DNA from: an uncultured archaeon
GTDB taxonomy: Archaea; Iainarchaeota; Iainarchaeia; Iainarchaeales; 1-14-0-10-31-34
Direction: 5' to 3'
NCBI GenBank assembly: GCA_964608675.1
Contig: CAZSOZ010000001.1
Coordinates: 1-64,000, forward strand
Length of the DNA stretch: 64,000 bases
Shown here: positions 36,166 to 46,114 of the stretch, piece after piece
Layout of the letters: each line of letters opens with the position of its first letter
How positions within the stretch are numbered: position 1 is the first letter of the stretch
Program-made: the position numbers and the translations under genes
The notes under the pieces: model-generated
The model's database searches: none
Told to the model about the DNA's origin: nothing
Seen by the model: only the letters and a program-made list of their open reading frames with translations

Positions 36166-38988
36166 TTACAGGTTTTCTATTTCGTTGATTAACATTTGTG
36201 CTGCTGTAGATGTGTCTGCTGCCTTGTATCCTGCAACTACAATGTCTCCTGTATCTGCTTCTTCAAGTACGTAGTCTCCGTTTTTGGTCAGCAAGTCCTG
36301 CAAAGTTTGTCCGCCTACTGTGACTTCTCCTGCCAAAGCATTGACTTTCCATCCACCCACAATAATGTGTTTGGCTGCTGAAGCTCCGTCGTCGTACTTT
36401 ACTAAGTTTCCTGCAGGCTGTAAAGCCTTATAGGTTGTTGGAGAAACTGTACATGTTCCTGTTGCATCTCCTCCACCAGTACAAGTTGCATTATAGGTGA
36501 CTGCGTTAACAGTTACTTTTGTTCCACCTGTAGTGCTTCCTGTGTCTCCTTCAGCGATTGTTAAGTCTTCTCCGCCTGTGACTTCAGTTGAAGTTCCTGC
36601 TCCTGAAACCAAGACTTCCATTTGAGGTCTGTTTTCAGGCAAGGTTATTTTGAATTCGTGGTTGTCTAAGACAATTTTTGAACCAAAGTCAGTGTATACC
36701 CATGAAGGATAAGTTGAAGTACTGCTTTCGCTTAATGCATAGGCACCGTAGTTGTAGTCGGCTTCATAACTGTAGTTGCTTAACTGTGTGTTAGGCAATG
36801 CAATTAAGTTGCCTGTTCCTGTATCAACAAACCAGTTTCCATCGTAAGTTGAGTCTTCGTCTTCGTCAAACTGGAATCTTGCAACAAAGTATTCGTTTGC
36901 GTTGTAGTTTGTGTCACCTTCCATTTTAACTGGCAAGTACTGGCTGTGCGGTACATAGAAAGGATAAGCTGATGTTCCTGCTGGAATATGTGTTAATACT
37001 CCTCCGCTTGCGTTCATGTCCTCTGTAGTGTCTGTTCCAACTAATTTAATGTGTTTAGTGTATTGTGTGGTTAATGCCTGTGCATCAAAGAACAACCATA
37101 AGTGTCCTGTTGCACCGTCTGCTGCTTCGTCTAGCATGAACTCATAGTCGTGTGTTATTCCGCTTGCTCCTTCAAATGAAATCGGGGCGTCAGCTGTAAA
37201 GTTCTGGTCTACATAGTATATTTCTTGTATTAAGGTTCCGCTTGAAGTGTCTTTCTTGAAGGTAACGTTTCCGTCAGCTGTCAAGTAAACACAGACGTTT
37301 CCGTCTCCCATTCCAGAGAAAGTAAACTGCATTCCGTTGATGTCAACGTTGGCGTCTCCTACTCTATAGTAGTCGTTTCCAATGAATGCATTAAAGTCTC
37401 CTCCGTCATAAAAAACAGAATGCAAATTGATTGGCTGTCCGTTAATGTAGTTTCCGTCACCAATACAGTCATATCTTGTTCCAGAACCGTCTGCTGAAGT
37501 AGTTGCTCTTACGTTTACATCAGCTGCATTCAATCTATACCAGATTGTTTGGGAATCAATACTTAAAGTACCGCTTCCATTACTTCCTGAAACAGACTGT
37601 GCCATTTTATATAAAGGAACAGTGTGTTCTGCTTCATAAGTTGAATCCTTGTAAGTTAATTCTCCGTCTTTGAATTCAACTACTGTTGTTCTTTCTGTTT
37701 TGCTTACTCCGTTGAATTCAGGCAGCTGCAATCCAAGCAATTCCAAAGTGCCTATGTCTTCTAGGAAACCTGCTTCTTCTCCTACCAGTAATGCATCTGT
37801 TCCAACAAAATCATAAGTTGACTTGTTCTGGATGTTAACGTCTTTCAGGTAGTTTCCGTCAAAGTTTAATTTTACTTCCCAGTCATAATCTTCATCCTGC
37901 AGGGTTGCATCATAAGGATATCCTTTATCGTTGTATAATTTGACTCTTGCATTTCCTACAAGAATTGTTGGAGTAAAGATTTCTGCATCTGAAACAACTG
38001 TTTTCAGGATTTCACTGATGTTAACCAAAGTGTTTAAAACTGGTTCTCCTGTGTTGTCATCGTAGAATACAACATCTCCTGTTGAAAACAAGTCTGTTTT
38101 AACCAGGGTTCCATCTTCTTTGTACAAAGACAAAGTTATTTTTTGTGTTGAACCTGAAGTTCCTCCTGGTCCGACTTCAATGTAGTAGGTTTCTCCGTCA
38201 TATCCTTCTAAGTCAGGTATTCTGTCTCCTTCACTGTACTGTGTTTCACCTGATGTTTTAATTAATTCAACATAAGTTGTAGTGACTGTTTTGACTAAGT
38301 AGTCGTCTCCAAATAAAGGAATTCTTACGTTGTCGTTTCCGTCGTCAGAAAAGTTTACTGTTGAACTCAAAGATTCATACCTGGGAATTCCTGAACCTAA
38401 ATTTAAATTATACTTTAGGTTTCCTGCAGTTATTACTCCAACTAAGTCTTTAACTGTTATTCTGTCAAATTTTGCGTCAACAGTAAAAAACAGTCTTTCC
38501 TGAATTGAAGTAGTATAGGAAGTTCCGTTGTATGTGTATGTGTCTGCTCCATTATAATACAATGATGGAAGATTTGAGTTAGTTACTGACTTACTGTTAA
38601 AATTGGCTTCTTGTCCTGATGTTTCTGAATTCAAATTGTTATAGAAAGTTTTTCCTCCTGTAACACTGGTTGTTCCGCCGACAGTTAAATCAACTGTTAA
38701 GTCTGTGACTGAAGGGGTTGCTCCTCCTGAACAATCTGCAGGACCAACTGCAACTTCACTGGTTGTATAGGCTTTTTGTCCGACTGCTACTGCAATGTTT
38801 CCTGCCCATACTGCATCGCTTACAGCTGCTTGTTTTCCAACAACAACATCAACCAAAGGACTTCCAGAACTTGAAATTAAGTCTGATTTTGTCAGGTCGA
38901 TTGCTGAAGCCATTGGAGCCAAAGCAGAACCAACTAAAGCTGCTCCTGCGGCAACTGCCACGAGCTTCTTTATGTTCAAATTTCTCAT
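36166..38988 (-). CDS. S-layer protein (Methanococcales/Thermococcales-like N- and C-terminal domains)
   Basis: Signal IKKLVAVAAGAALVG, VVVGK.AA.SD...A..IA, C-terminal IIVGG..VN.L and VVAG..A.DT..AA; T/D/G-rich, higher GC, SD GAGGTGA. Confidence 0.88.
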   Translation of the reverse strand: MRNLNIKKLVAVAAGAALVGSALAPMASAIDLTKSDLISSSGSPLVDVVVGKQAAVSDAVWAGNIAVAVGQKAYTTSEVAVGPADCSGGATPSVTDLTVDLTVGGTTSVTGGKTFYNNLNSETSGQEANFNSKSVTNSNLPSLYYNGADTYTYNGTSYTTSIQERLFFTVDAKFDRITVKDLVGVITAGNLKYNLNLGSGIPRYESLSSTVNFSDDGNDNVRIPLFGDDYLVKTVTTTYVELIKTSGETQYSEGDRIPDLEGYDGETYYIEVGPGGTSGSTQKITLSLYKEDGTLVKTDLFSTGDVVFYDDNTGEPVLNTLVNISEILKTVVSDAEIFTPTILVGNARVKLYNDKGYPYDATLQDEDYDWEVKLNFDGNYLKDVNIQNKSTYDFVGTDALLVGEEAGFLEDIGTLELLGLQLPEFNGVSKTERTTVVEFKDGELTYKDSTYEAEHTVPLYKMAQSVSGSNGSGTLSIDSQTIWYRLNAADVNVRATTSADGSGTRYDCIGDGNYINGQPINLHSVFYDGGDFNAFIGNDYYRVGDANVDINGMQFTFSGMGDGNVCVYLTADGNVTFKKDTSSGTLIQEIYYVDQNFTADAPISFEGASGITHDYEFMLDEAADGATGHLWLFFDAQALTTQYTKHIKLVGTDTTEDMNASGGVLTHIPAGTSAYPFYVPHSQYLPVKMEGDTNYNANEYFVARFQFDEDEDSTYDGNWFVDTGTGNLIALPNTQLSNYSYEADYNYGAYALSESSTSTYPSWVYTDFGSKIVLDNHEFKITLPENRPQMEVLVSGAGTSTEVTGGEDLTIAEGDTGSTTGGTKVTVNAVTYNATCTGGGDATGTCTVSPTTYKALQPAGNLVKYDDGASAAKHIIVGGWKVNALAGEVTVGGQTLQDLLTKNGDYVLEEADTGDIVVAGYKAADTSTAAQMLINEIENL

Positions 38989-39021
38989 ATTTTATTTCAC
39001 CTCACGTGTTTATCAAAAATA

Positions 39022-39118
39022 AGAACCTCTTAAATGAAAGCGCTTTCCATACAAAGGAAGCAGTCTCATAAGTAAAGGCTCTAATATTGAATATAATGTT
39101 TTGTTTAAATATGTTTCT
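39022..39118 (-). promoter_or_regulatory. S-layer promoter (BRE/TATA ATATTTAAA at about 39112-39104) and hairpin-forming 5' UTR
   Basis: TATA about 22-25 nt upstream of a long imperfect stem (39082-39022); SD at 39003-38997. Confidence 0.55.
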
Positions 39119-39244
39119 ATTTTGGAAAACAAAGAAAATGCTTTAAAACTGCAAAATAAGGGGTTTTTTTGATGAATTGTTGAATTTTGATTCGTGATTT
39201 GTCGAAGCAGTTTTTTTGTGTTGTTCAGGAAAATTCCCCTTTAA

Positions 39245-39880
39245 TTATTCATATAATTTTTTGTTGAATTCAGCGAGTTCTTCTTTGTTTAAATGAGCTG
39301 CTATGAATTCGGTGTAAGAGTGAACAATGTCTGAAATTAAAATTAGTCCGTCCTGCATTTCTCTTGCTGAAAATTCTATTTTGTCAGGGCGGATTACTTC
39401 AAGTGAAGCAGGACCATATAAAAACATTAATTTCATTAAACCATGAAAGTCTTTAACTGACAGGTTTACATCCAAATAAGAAGAGTAGTGTTCGCCTTGC
39501 TGGATTGGTTCTGCTTTAATTATTTCATAAATAGTGAAATCTTTTTCTTTTCTTATTGTTTCATCTATTTCTTTTAATTGTTTGTGCAAAAGGCTTTCTT
39601 CTATTGCCTGAACTTCAATGTTTGCCCTTAATCTTATTTTGTTTTTGTCTTTTTCTGCAATCATTTTTCTTTTCCTCACTGCATCAGATATTTCTTTTTT
39701 AAGCCAGTATTTTGTAGGATAACCTTCTTTTGAAATTAATTCAAGCTTTAACATTAACCTTAATTCTTTCATTAAAGAATCATACGGAATATTTAATTGT
39801 TCTCTTAATTCTTCTGCAGTTTTTGGTTCATGCAAAAGCAAAACAGCTATTCTTTTCTGGCTTTCATTAAACCTCGGCAT
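39245..39880 (-). CDS. N-terminal wHTH-domain hypothetical protein
   Basis: PKTAEELREQLNIPYDSLMKELRLMLKLELI HTH-like segment; C-terminal YGP.SLEVI.P. Confidence 0.6.
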   Translation of the reverse strand: MPRFNESQKRIAVLLLHEPKTAEELREQLNIPYDSLMKELRLMLKLELISKEGYPTKYWLKKEISDAVRKRKMIAEKDKNKIRLRANIEVQAIEESLLHKQLKEIDETIRKEKDFTIYEIIKAEPIQQGEHYSSYLDVNLSVKDFHGLMKLMFLYGPASLEVIRPDKIEFSAREMQDGLILISDIVHSYTEFIAAHLNKEELAEFNKKLYE

Positions 39881-39961
39881 TAAACATTAAAACAAAAAAT
39901 GGTTTAAAAAGCTTTAGTTAAAGCAAAAGGTTTTAAATAGAAAGAAAAGTAGTTTTTAAGA

Positions 39962-40255
39962 ATGGCTTTAGAAAATGTTGCAGGCACTGCAGGACAAACT
40001 GCAGGAAACTTTATTGGAGACCCTTCTCTTTTAATTGCAGGAATTGCATTAATTATTGCAGCAGTAATTATTTTTACAGTAATAAAAAAAGTAATAGTTA
40101 ATTCTATTGCAGGATTAATTGTATTTGGAATAATAAAATTTGTAGTTGGAATAAACCTTCCTTTTATTCCCACTCTGATTGTAACAGCAATTTTTGGTTT
40201 AGCGGGAATCGGAGCAATGCTTGTACTTCATTTTTTAGGAGTTCTTGCTGTCTAA
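39962..40255 (+). CDS. Small membrane protein (BofA-like)
   Basis: KKVIVNSIAGL...GINLP...TLIVTAIFGLAG pattern; three TM segments. Confidence 0.65.
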   Translation: MALENVAGTAGQTAGNFIGDPSLLIAGIALIIAAVIIFTVIKKVIVNSIAGLIVFGIIKFVVGINLPFIPTLIVTAIFGLAGIGAMLVLHFLGVLAV

Positions 40256-41248
40256 AACAAAATCAGCTTTTCTTCCGCACTCAGAACATTTTCCTTTTTC
40301 AATCCCCTTTATTTTTGAATCAAAATAAATCCTTGAAACCAAAAGATTATTGCAGGAAGGACAATAAGTGTTTTCTTCTTCCCTTAAATTTCCTGCATAC
40401 ACATATTTTATTCCTTTTTTTTCTGCTGTCTGTTTTGCTTCATTTACAACAGAAGAAGATGTTCTTGGAAGATAATCAAGTTTGTAGGCAGGATGAAAAG
40501 CAGTGAAATGCAAAGGAATTGAATCAGACAAAAACAAAACAAAATCTGCTGTCTCTTCAAAAAACTTTTTTTTGTCATTAAAAGAAGGAACAATCAAATA
40601 AGTTAACTCCAAATGAATTTTGTTTTTATGAACCCATTCAATACTTTCTTTTACTTTTTGTATGTCAATGTTTCCACACAATTTTTTATAGAATTCAGAG
40701 TTTCCCTTTAAGTCAATGTTTACTGCATTCAGATATTTTTTGGTTTCCTTTAAAACTTCTTCTGTCATGTAGCCGTTGGAAACAAAAACATTAAACAAAT
40801 TGTTTTTTTTTGCCAGCTTCATTATATCCAAAGCATATTCAATAAAAACAGTGGGTTCAGTGTAAGTGTAAGCAATTCCGTCAGCATTGTTTTCCAAAGC
40901 ATTTTCAATTATTTTTTCAGGAGCAGTAAAAGGAATTGAATCAAGCATTTCAGTAGTCCATTCTTTTGAAATATCATAATTTTGGCAGTGCTGGCAAAAA
41001 AAATTGCATCCAAAAGTACTTACTCCTAAAACTTTTGAACCAGGATGAAAATGAAACAAAGGCTTTTTTTCAATTGAATCAATTGAATCAGTAAGATTTT
41101 TTCCATAAGACAAAGAAAAAAGTTTTCCTTTAATGTTTTTTCTTACTTTGCATAAACCAAAAGAATTTTCAGGAATAACACAGTTTCTTCTGCAGGCATT
41201 GCATTTAACTGCATTTTTTTCTTTCTGCCAGAATAATGCTCTTTTCAT
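40235..41248 (-). CDS. amrS: AmmeMemoRadiSam system radical SAM enzyme
   Basis: C..C...C, IEKKPLFHFHPG, CNFFCQHCQN, YTYTEP, YVYAGN, T.CP.C. Confidence 0.92.
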   Translation of the reverse strand: MKRALFWQKEKNAVKCNACRRNCVIPENSFGLCKVRKNIKGKLFSLSYGKNLTDSIDSIEKKPLFHFHPGSKVLGVSTFGCNFFCQHCQNYDISKEWTTEMLDSIPFTAPEKIIENALENNADGIAYTYTEPTVFIEYALDIMKLAKKNNLFNVFVSNGYMTEEVLKETKKYLNAVNIDLKGNSEFYKKLCGNIDIQKVKESIEWVHKNKIHLELTYLIVPSFNDKKKFFEETADFVLFLSDSIPLHFTAFHPAYKLDYLPRTSSSVVNEAKQTAEKKGIKYVYAGNLREEENTYCPSCNNLLVSRIYFDSKIKGIEKGKCSECGRKADFVLDSKNS

Positions 41249-41303
41249 AAAAAAAAAATATGATTGAATTGAATTAAAATCATTTCTGTGTTTTTATTGT
41301 TTC

Positions 41304-42575
41304 ATGAAAGAATTTGATGCTGATTTGCATTATCATGGGCCTTATTCAGGGGGGGTAAGCAAAAACATGCTTATTCCAATTATAGCAGAGCAGGCAGAAT
41401 TAAAAGGATTAAATTTATTGAGTTCAGCTGACTGCCTGAACGGAGTATGGCTAAAACACTTAAAACAAAATTTAATTGAAGAAGAAAACAAGATTCTGAA
41501 AGCAAAAGAAAAAAACATTTTTTTTGTTCTGGGAACAGAAGTGCAGTGCCGAAACAAAATTCACCACATAATTTTTTTGCCTGACTTTAATGCAGTTGAA
41601 CAAATAAGAAAAAAATTTAGAAATTACACTAATGAACTGGATTCAGTTATGGGGGGGCGCCCAAGACTAAAATTAAACGCAGAACAAATTGCAGAAATCG
41701 TATTTGATGCAAAAGGAATTATTGGGCCAGCGCATGCTTTTACTCCTTACTTTGGAGTTTACGCTTACTTTGATTCAATTAAACAGGCTTACGGAGAACA
41801 AGGAAAAAACATTTCTTTTCTGGAATTAGGGTTAAGCGCTGATTCATTTCTTGCAGACATGATTCCTGAAAACAGAGAATACGTTTTTCTTTCAAATTCT
41901 GATTCACATTCGCCTTGGCCGTTCAGATTAGGAAGAGAATTCAACAGAATTAAATTAAAAGCACCTTCATTCAAAGAACTAAAAAAAGCATTAGAAAAAA
42001 AAGAAGAAAAAAGAATTTTGTTGAATGTAGGCTTGGATCCACGGGAAGGAAAATATCACAGGACAGCCTGCCAGACTTGCTATACAAAATATTCAATTAA
42101 AGAAGCAGTGAACTTAAACTGGAAATGCATTGAATGCAAAAAAGAAATTAAACGAGGAGTCCTTGAAAGAATTAAAATGCTGTCAGACGGAAAAAGCAAA
42201 AGCCCTGAATTCAGACCGGATTATCTGCGTTTGCTTCCATTGCAGGAAATAATTCAAAGTTCAATTAAAATCAAATTAATTACTTCTCCAAAAATACAGT
42301 TTTTATGGAAAAAATTTGTTGAAAGATTTGGTTCAGAAATAAATGTTTTGGTTGACGTTCCAATTGAAGAACTAAAAAAAATCGACCAAGGAATTGCCGA
42401 AAAAATTAACTGTTTCAGAAAAGGGCTTGTTTTGTTTGAAGAAGGCGGGGGTGGAAATTACGGAAAACCAGTTATTTGTTTAAATGAAAAAGAATTTGAA
42501 CAAAAAAAATTTGAATTAGAAGAAAAACAAAAAAAACAATTTAAAGCCAGACAAAAAAAATTATTTGATTTTTAG
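41304..42575 (+). CDS. TIGR00375 / endonuclease Q family PHP-domain nuclease
   Basis: DLHYHG.YS, PAHAFTP, ELGLSAD, SNSDSHSP, GREFN, GKYH.TAC..C, GGGG.YG; C-terminal PIP-like QKKLFDF. Confidence 0.88.
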   Translation: MKEFDADLHYHGPYSGGVSKNMLIPIIAEQAELKGLNLLSSADCLNGVWLKHLKQNLIEEENKILKAKEKNIFFVLGTEVQCRNKIHHIIFLPDFNAVEQIRKKFRNYTNELDSVMGGRPRLKLNAEQIAEIVFDAKGIIGPAHAFTPYFGVYAYFDSIKQAYGEQGKNISFLELGLSADSFLADMIPENREYVFLSNSDSHSPWPFRLGREFNRIKLKAPSFKELKKALEKKEEKRILLNVGLDPREGKYHRTACQTCYTKYSIKEAVNLNWKCIECKKEIKRGVLERIKMLSDGKSKSPEFRPDYLRLLPLQEIIQSSIKIKLITSPKIQFLWKKFVERFGSEINVLVDVPIEELKKIDQGIAEKINCFRKGLVLFEEGGGGNYGKPVICLNEKEFEQKKFELEEKQKKQFKARQKKLFDF

Positions 42576-43345
42576 CGCACATAAGGAAGTCCTTTTTCAG
42601 GCATGTCTTCCTGTTGTTCTTCTAACTGCTTGCTTAACTGCTGAAAAGCTTTTTCTATTTCTTTTGATTCTTTTTCTATTTGATTCATGTTAACTTTGAA
42701 TCCAAATTTAGCAGACAAAACTTCAATTAATTTTTTTGCTGAACCATGGTCTCCATACACAAGCCTTGCATTAGTTTCGCCCATCAAACAGGCGCCTTTT
42801 ATTTTGTGTTCTGCCGCCAAACCAATAATTAATCCTGCTGCCCCAGAAATCAATCCTTCCTGGTGTTCTTCAACACCGTTTAATTTAATGAACTCTGAAA
42901 GCATTTTTTTGTCTGTTGAAGCAACAATCACTCTGGGTTCTACAGCCATCCTTTTTTCTCCTACATTTATTCCTGCCAGAGTATAAATTTCCTTTACCCC
43001 TAATTCATTTGCAGCCAAAACAATTTCTTTTGCAAACTCATAATGTTCTTTTGCAGAAGAAGTTGAAGCATCCAAAGCAGGCTGAACAGGACCGGCCAAA
43101 AAAATGTAATCATTTCCTTTAAACTTAAAATGATGCAAGTCATCTTTAATTAATTCAATCAAAGATTTTTTTGTGTGAACACTCGGCGGAAAAGAAGCAG
43201 AAGTGATTTCAGCAATTTTTTCTGCCTTAAAATGCTTCAATAAATAATCAACTGCAATCTTTCCAACCAAACCTATTCCCGGCAGACCTGAAAACAGCAC
43301 TGCATTCTTGAATTTCACTTTTTTTAAAAATTTTACTTCAGTCAT
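42572..43345 (-). CDS. PAC2-family proteasome assembly chaperone
   Basis: GLPGIGLVGKIA, ISGAAGL, CLMGET; follows aIF2a. Start moved to ATG 43345 (SD AGGTG). Confidence 0.88.
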   Translation of the reverse strand: MTEVKFLKKVKFKNAVLFSGLPGIGLVGKIAVDYLLKHFKAEKIAEITSASFPPSVHTKKSLIELIKDDLHHFKFKGNDYIFLAGPVQPALDASTSSAKEHYEFAKEIVLAANELGVKEIYTLAGINVGEKRMAVEPRVIVASTDKKMLSEFIKLNGVEEHQEGLISGAAGLIIGLAAEHKIKGACLMGETNARLVYGDHGSAKKLIEVLSAKFGFKVNMNQIEKESKEIEKAFQQLSKQLEEQQEDMPEKGLPYVR

Positions 43346-43355
43346 CAAAACACCT

Positions 43356-44126
43356 TTATTCTTCAATTTTTTTGAATTCTCCTTTTCCGTTTGAACCAGA
43401 AATTACTTGTATTGCTTTATCAGAAGAAAGCCTTAATTTTTTTTCAGCTGACTTGTAATCAGCAGAAACCACTTTAATTTGATATCTGCCTGAACCAAAA
43501 TAAACAATGCTTGAATCGTTTCCTGCAGTTTTTTCTGCCTGACTTAAAGCTTTCTTGATTACTTCAATTCCATTAGATTCAAAACAAGTTAATTCAAGTA
43601 TTCCTTTAACTGTCTTTTTTGGAATAGAAATATTTTTTTTCACTAATTCTAAAAGTTCTTTGTTCCATGGAGGCTTAATTGAAAAAGAAACTTCTCCTGA
43701 CAAAGAAATTTCGTTGAATGCTTCAGACAAAGATTCAAATTTTTCAAGCAAAGGCTCTGCAGTATTTTCCCAGGCTTCATCAAAAGAAACATTTCTTTTT
43801 TTTGCTAAAACTTCAATTAATTTTTTTGCTCTAACCAGCCTGTTATAGTCTTCAATTTTTCTTCTTTGAACTCCTGAAGAAACTTTAGTTAAACTCAAAT
43901 CAATCTGGTTTTTGCTTTTATCTATTGCCAAAACCTGTGCTGCACGAATCTGGTTTTCCTTAACAAAATTTCTTATGTTTTTAACCCATCCTGAAGTAAC
44001 CTGAGAAATATGCACAAAGCCTTTCTGGCCTTCATATTCCAGTAATTCAACAAATGCTCCATAAGGGAGAACTTTTGTGATTCTTACAACCACAATTTCA
44101 TTTACTTCAGGCAAATCTTTTTCCAT
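43356..44126 (-). CDS. eif2a: Translation initiation factor aIF-2 alpha
   Basis: S1 domain YGAFVELLEY..GFVHISQV..GWVKNIR, IDLSL. Confidence 0.95.
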   Translation of the reverse strand: MEKDLPEVNEIVVVRITKVLPYGAFVELLEYEGQKGFVHISQVTSGWVKNIRNFVKENQIRAAQVLAIDKSKNQIDLSLTKVSSGVQRRKIEDYNRLVRAKKLIEVLAKKRNVSFDEAWENTAEPLLEKFESLSEAFNEISLSGEVSFSIKPPWNKELLELVKKNISIPKKTVKGILELTCFESNGIEVIKKALSQAEKTAGNDSSIVYFGSGRYQIKVVSADYKSAEKKLRLSSDKAIQVISGSNGKGEFKKIEE

Positions 44127-44143
44127 TAAAAAAAAACCTTTTT

Positions 44144-44335
44144 TTATTCTAAAACTTTAATTATTTTTGCTTCAATCACTGCTTTTGAAGCAGAAGGATA
44201 AACAAGCGTTTGACCACACTCGCATTTAATTTCTTTTGTGGAAGCAGAAAAAACTTTTCTTTCTTTTCCGCATTTAATGCATTTAACCTGCAAAAACTTT
44301 GTTTTGGGGTTTGGAATAATTTTAGTTTTAGTCAT
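44144..44335 (-). CDS. rps27e: 30S ribosomal protein eS27
   Basis: P.TKFLQVKC..C...VFS.....C.CG..L..P...KA; SD AGGTGA. Confidence 0.92.
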   Translation of the reverse strand: MTKTKIIPNPKTKFLQVKCIKCGKERKVFSASTKEIKCECGQTLVYPSASKAVIEAKIIKVLE

Positions 44336-44343
44336 TTTTTCAC

Positions 44344-44889
44344 CTATTCTTTTTTGCCTATTTTTCTTGAAACAAAAAGTTTTGCTATTTTAGGAGGCAG
44401 TTCAATTTTTTCGTCTTTTTTGAACGGCCCGTATTCTTTCATGTCTGTTCCTATAAAAGAAGGCACATCTGAAAGAATTTTTACTAAAACTTTATTTAAA
44501 CCCTTTTCTTTTGGTTTAGTTTTTCCAATAAAAATTGATTCAACAAAATCATTATAAGACTTCAAAATTTTAAGGATTTCCTTAAACATTTTTTTTTCTT
44601 CTTCAGCCATTAATTCATTGTTTTCTTCTGAAGTCTTTGAAGAAATCAAAGCCTTGCTTAAAATTTTTTTCTGCCTTAAACTCAGAATTTCTTCAACCAT
44701 TTTTTTTAAGTTAGTGAAATTTCTTGCTTTTGCAAAATCCAAGTCTTTGATTGAATTAAAATAATTTTGTTTTTCTTCTGAAATGAATTCATTTAAAGAA
44801 TCAAAAAAAGTCTCTTTTACTTCAACAAGTTTTGAAGTATTTTTCTCAAGCCGGTAAATTTTTCTTATTTCATCGTAATCCAAATCCAT
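44344..44889 (-). CDS. GINS subunit (Gins15/Gins51)
   Basis: R..KI helical A domain; B domain VPSFIG.DMKEYGPF...LP...A; follows priS. Confidence 0.85.
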   Translation of the reverse strand: MDLDYDEIRKIYRLEKNTSKLVEVKETFFDSLNEFISEEKQNYFNSIKDLDFAKARNFTNLKKMVEEILSLRQKKILSKALISSKTSEENNELMAEEEKKMFKEILKILKSYNDFVESIFIGKTKPKEKGLNKVLVKILSDVPSFIGTDMKEYGPFKKDEKIELPPKIAKLFVSRKIGKKE

Positions 44890-46110
44890 TTAAATCAACT
44901 CAGCTGAATTTCTTGACATCAAATAAATTCCTGCAAATTCCGGCAGTTCAGTTTCCTGTTCATTGAACGGCCCGAATTTTTCTCCCCCCAAAAAAAATTT
45001 TGGTGCTTTTCTGACAAATACTTTTAGAGGATTATTTGAAAAGATTATGCATTCCTTTAACGGAACAAAATCCTTTAATTTTTCTCTTGAAAATTGTTTT
45101 GCAGGCATTCCTGTAGAACCATGAATTGAATCAGGGACACGAATTATTTTAGCTAAATCAACTGATGTTTGCCTGTCCAAAAACAGTTTTTGTTTTTCCA
45201 CTAAATTAAAAAGAAGGCCTTCCCAGAATTTTCTGGGATTTCTTGTAACCGGAAAAAGAAAACCGTTCTTCATTCCCTTTAATACAGTTTCTTTTTTTTC
45301 AAGAATTTTTTTTATAGTTGAAACCCTTGCGTTTCCTAAAGCCGCAATTTTTTCTGCTTCATTGTTTTCAATCAAAAAAATCAAAGAAGAAAGAATTTTT
45401 TTGCTCCAGCCAAAAGCCAGAAATTCTTTTGGGCAAAGCATTTTTCTGTTTGCATAAACAAAACCCAATTGTTCTAAATCAATTTCATGAGCAGTCAAAA
45501 AATCAACTAATTCAATTCTGGAATTTGCATTCAAAGACTGAATTTTTTCGTTCCTGACATGCAAATGAAATCCTTTTGAACCAGAAAAATTAACTGAAAG
45601 ACCGTCAAAAAAACCAAAATCTGTTTCAAGAACATCAATTAATTTTAAAGTTTGTTTTTTTGTTGCTTCAAGGCATTCTTCACAAACCCATTCTTCTGTT
45701 TGGACAGACGCTCCGCACGAAGGACACTTTTCAATCAATCCTTTTCCTTCTGTTTCACATTCAGTGCATTTCCAAGAATCATGCTTTTGCTTGCATTCAG
45801 TTTTAATGTCATCTGCATCAAATTCATAAATTAAATCAGATTTCAAGTAAAGCTTTTTTTTCATTGGTCGCCTGTCAGGAAATTCATAAAAAGCAGGAGA
45901 ATAAGAAACAAAAAAAGGAGCTGTTTCCCTTAAAAAAGAATTAAATTCTTTTGAAGAAGAAAAAGAATAATGCCTTGCAATAATTTTTTTTCCGAATTCT
46001 CCGTAACCGAATTCCCTTTTCTCGGGTTCAGGAACAGAATCAATAAAATTTTCTTTATAAAAAGAACGAAATTTTTTTCTTAAAAAATTAATTGTTTTCT
46101 GTTCAGCCAT
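44890..46110 (-). CDS. priS: DNA primase catalytic subunit with extra Zn ribbon
   Basis: REFG, EFDADD, FSGSKGFHL, D...S.D...IIRVP.SIHG.TG. Confidence 0.93.
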   Translation of the reverse strand: MAEQKTINFLRKKFRSFYKENFIDSVPEPEKREFGYGEFGKKIIARHYSFSSSKEFNSFLRETAPFFVSYSPAFYEFPDRRPMKKKLYLKSDLIYEFDADDIKTECKQKHDSWKCTECETEGKGLIEKCPSCGASVQTEEWVCEECLEATKKQTLKLIDVLETDFGFFDGLSVNFSGSKGFHLHVRNEKIQSLNANSRIELVDFLTAHEIDLEQLGFVYANRKMLCPKEFLAFGWSKKILSSLIFLIENNEAEKIAALGNARVSTIKKILEKKETVLKGMKNGFLFPVTRNPRKFWEGLLFNLVEKQKLFLDRQTSVDLAKIIRVPDSIHGSTGMPAKQFSREKLKDFVPLKECIIFSNNPLKVFVRKAPKFFLGGEKFGPFNEQETELPEFAGIYLMSRNSAELI

Positions 46111-46114
46111 AAAA

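Noticed and set aside
36166-38988. Higher-GC segment as a horizontally acquired island
   Set aside because: It coincides exactly with the S-layer CDS and is explained by its T/G/D/A-rich composition and the codon usage of a highly expressed gene.
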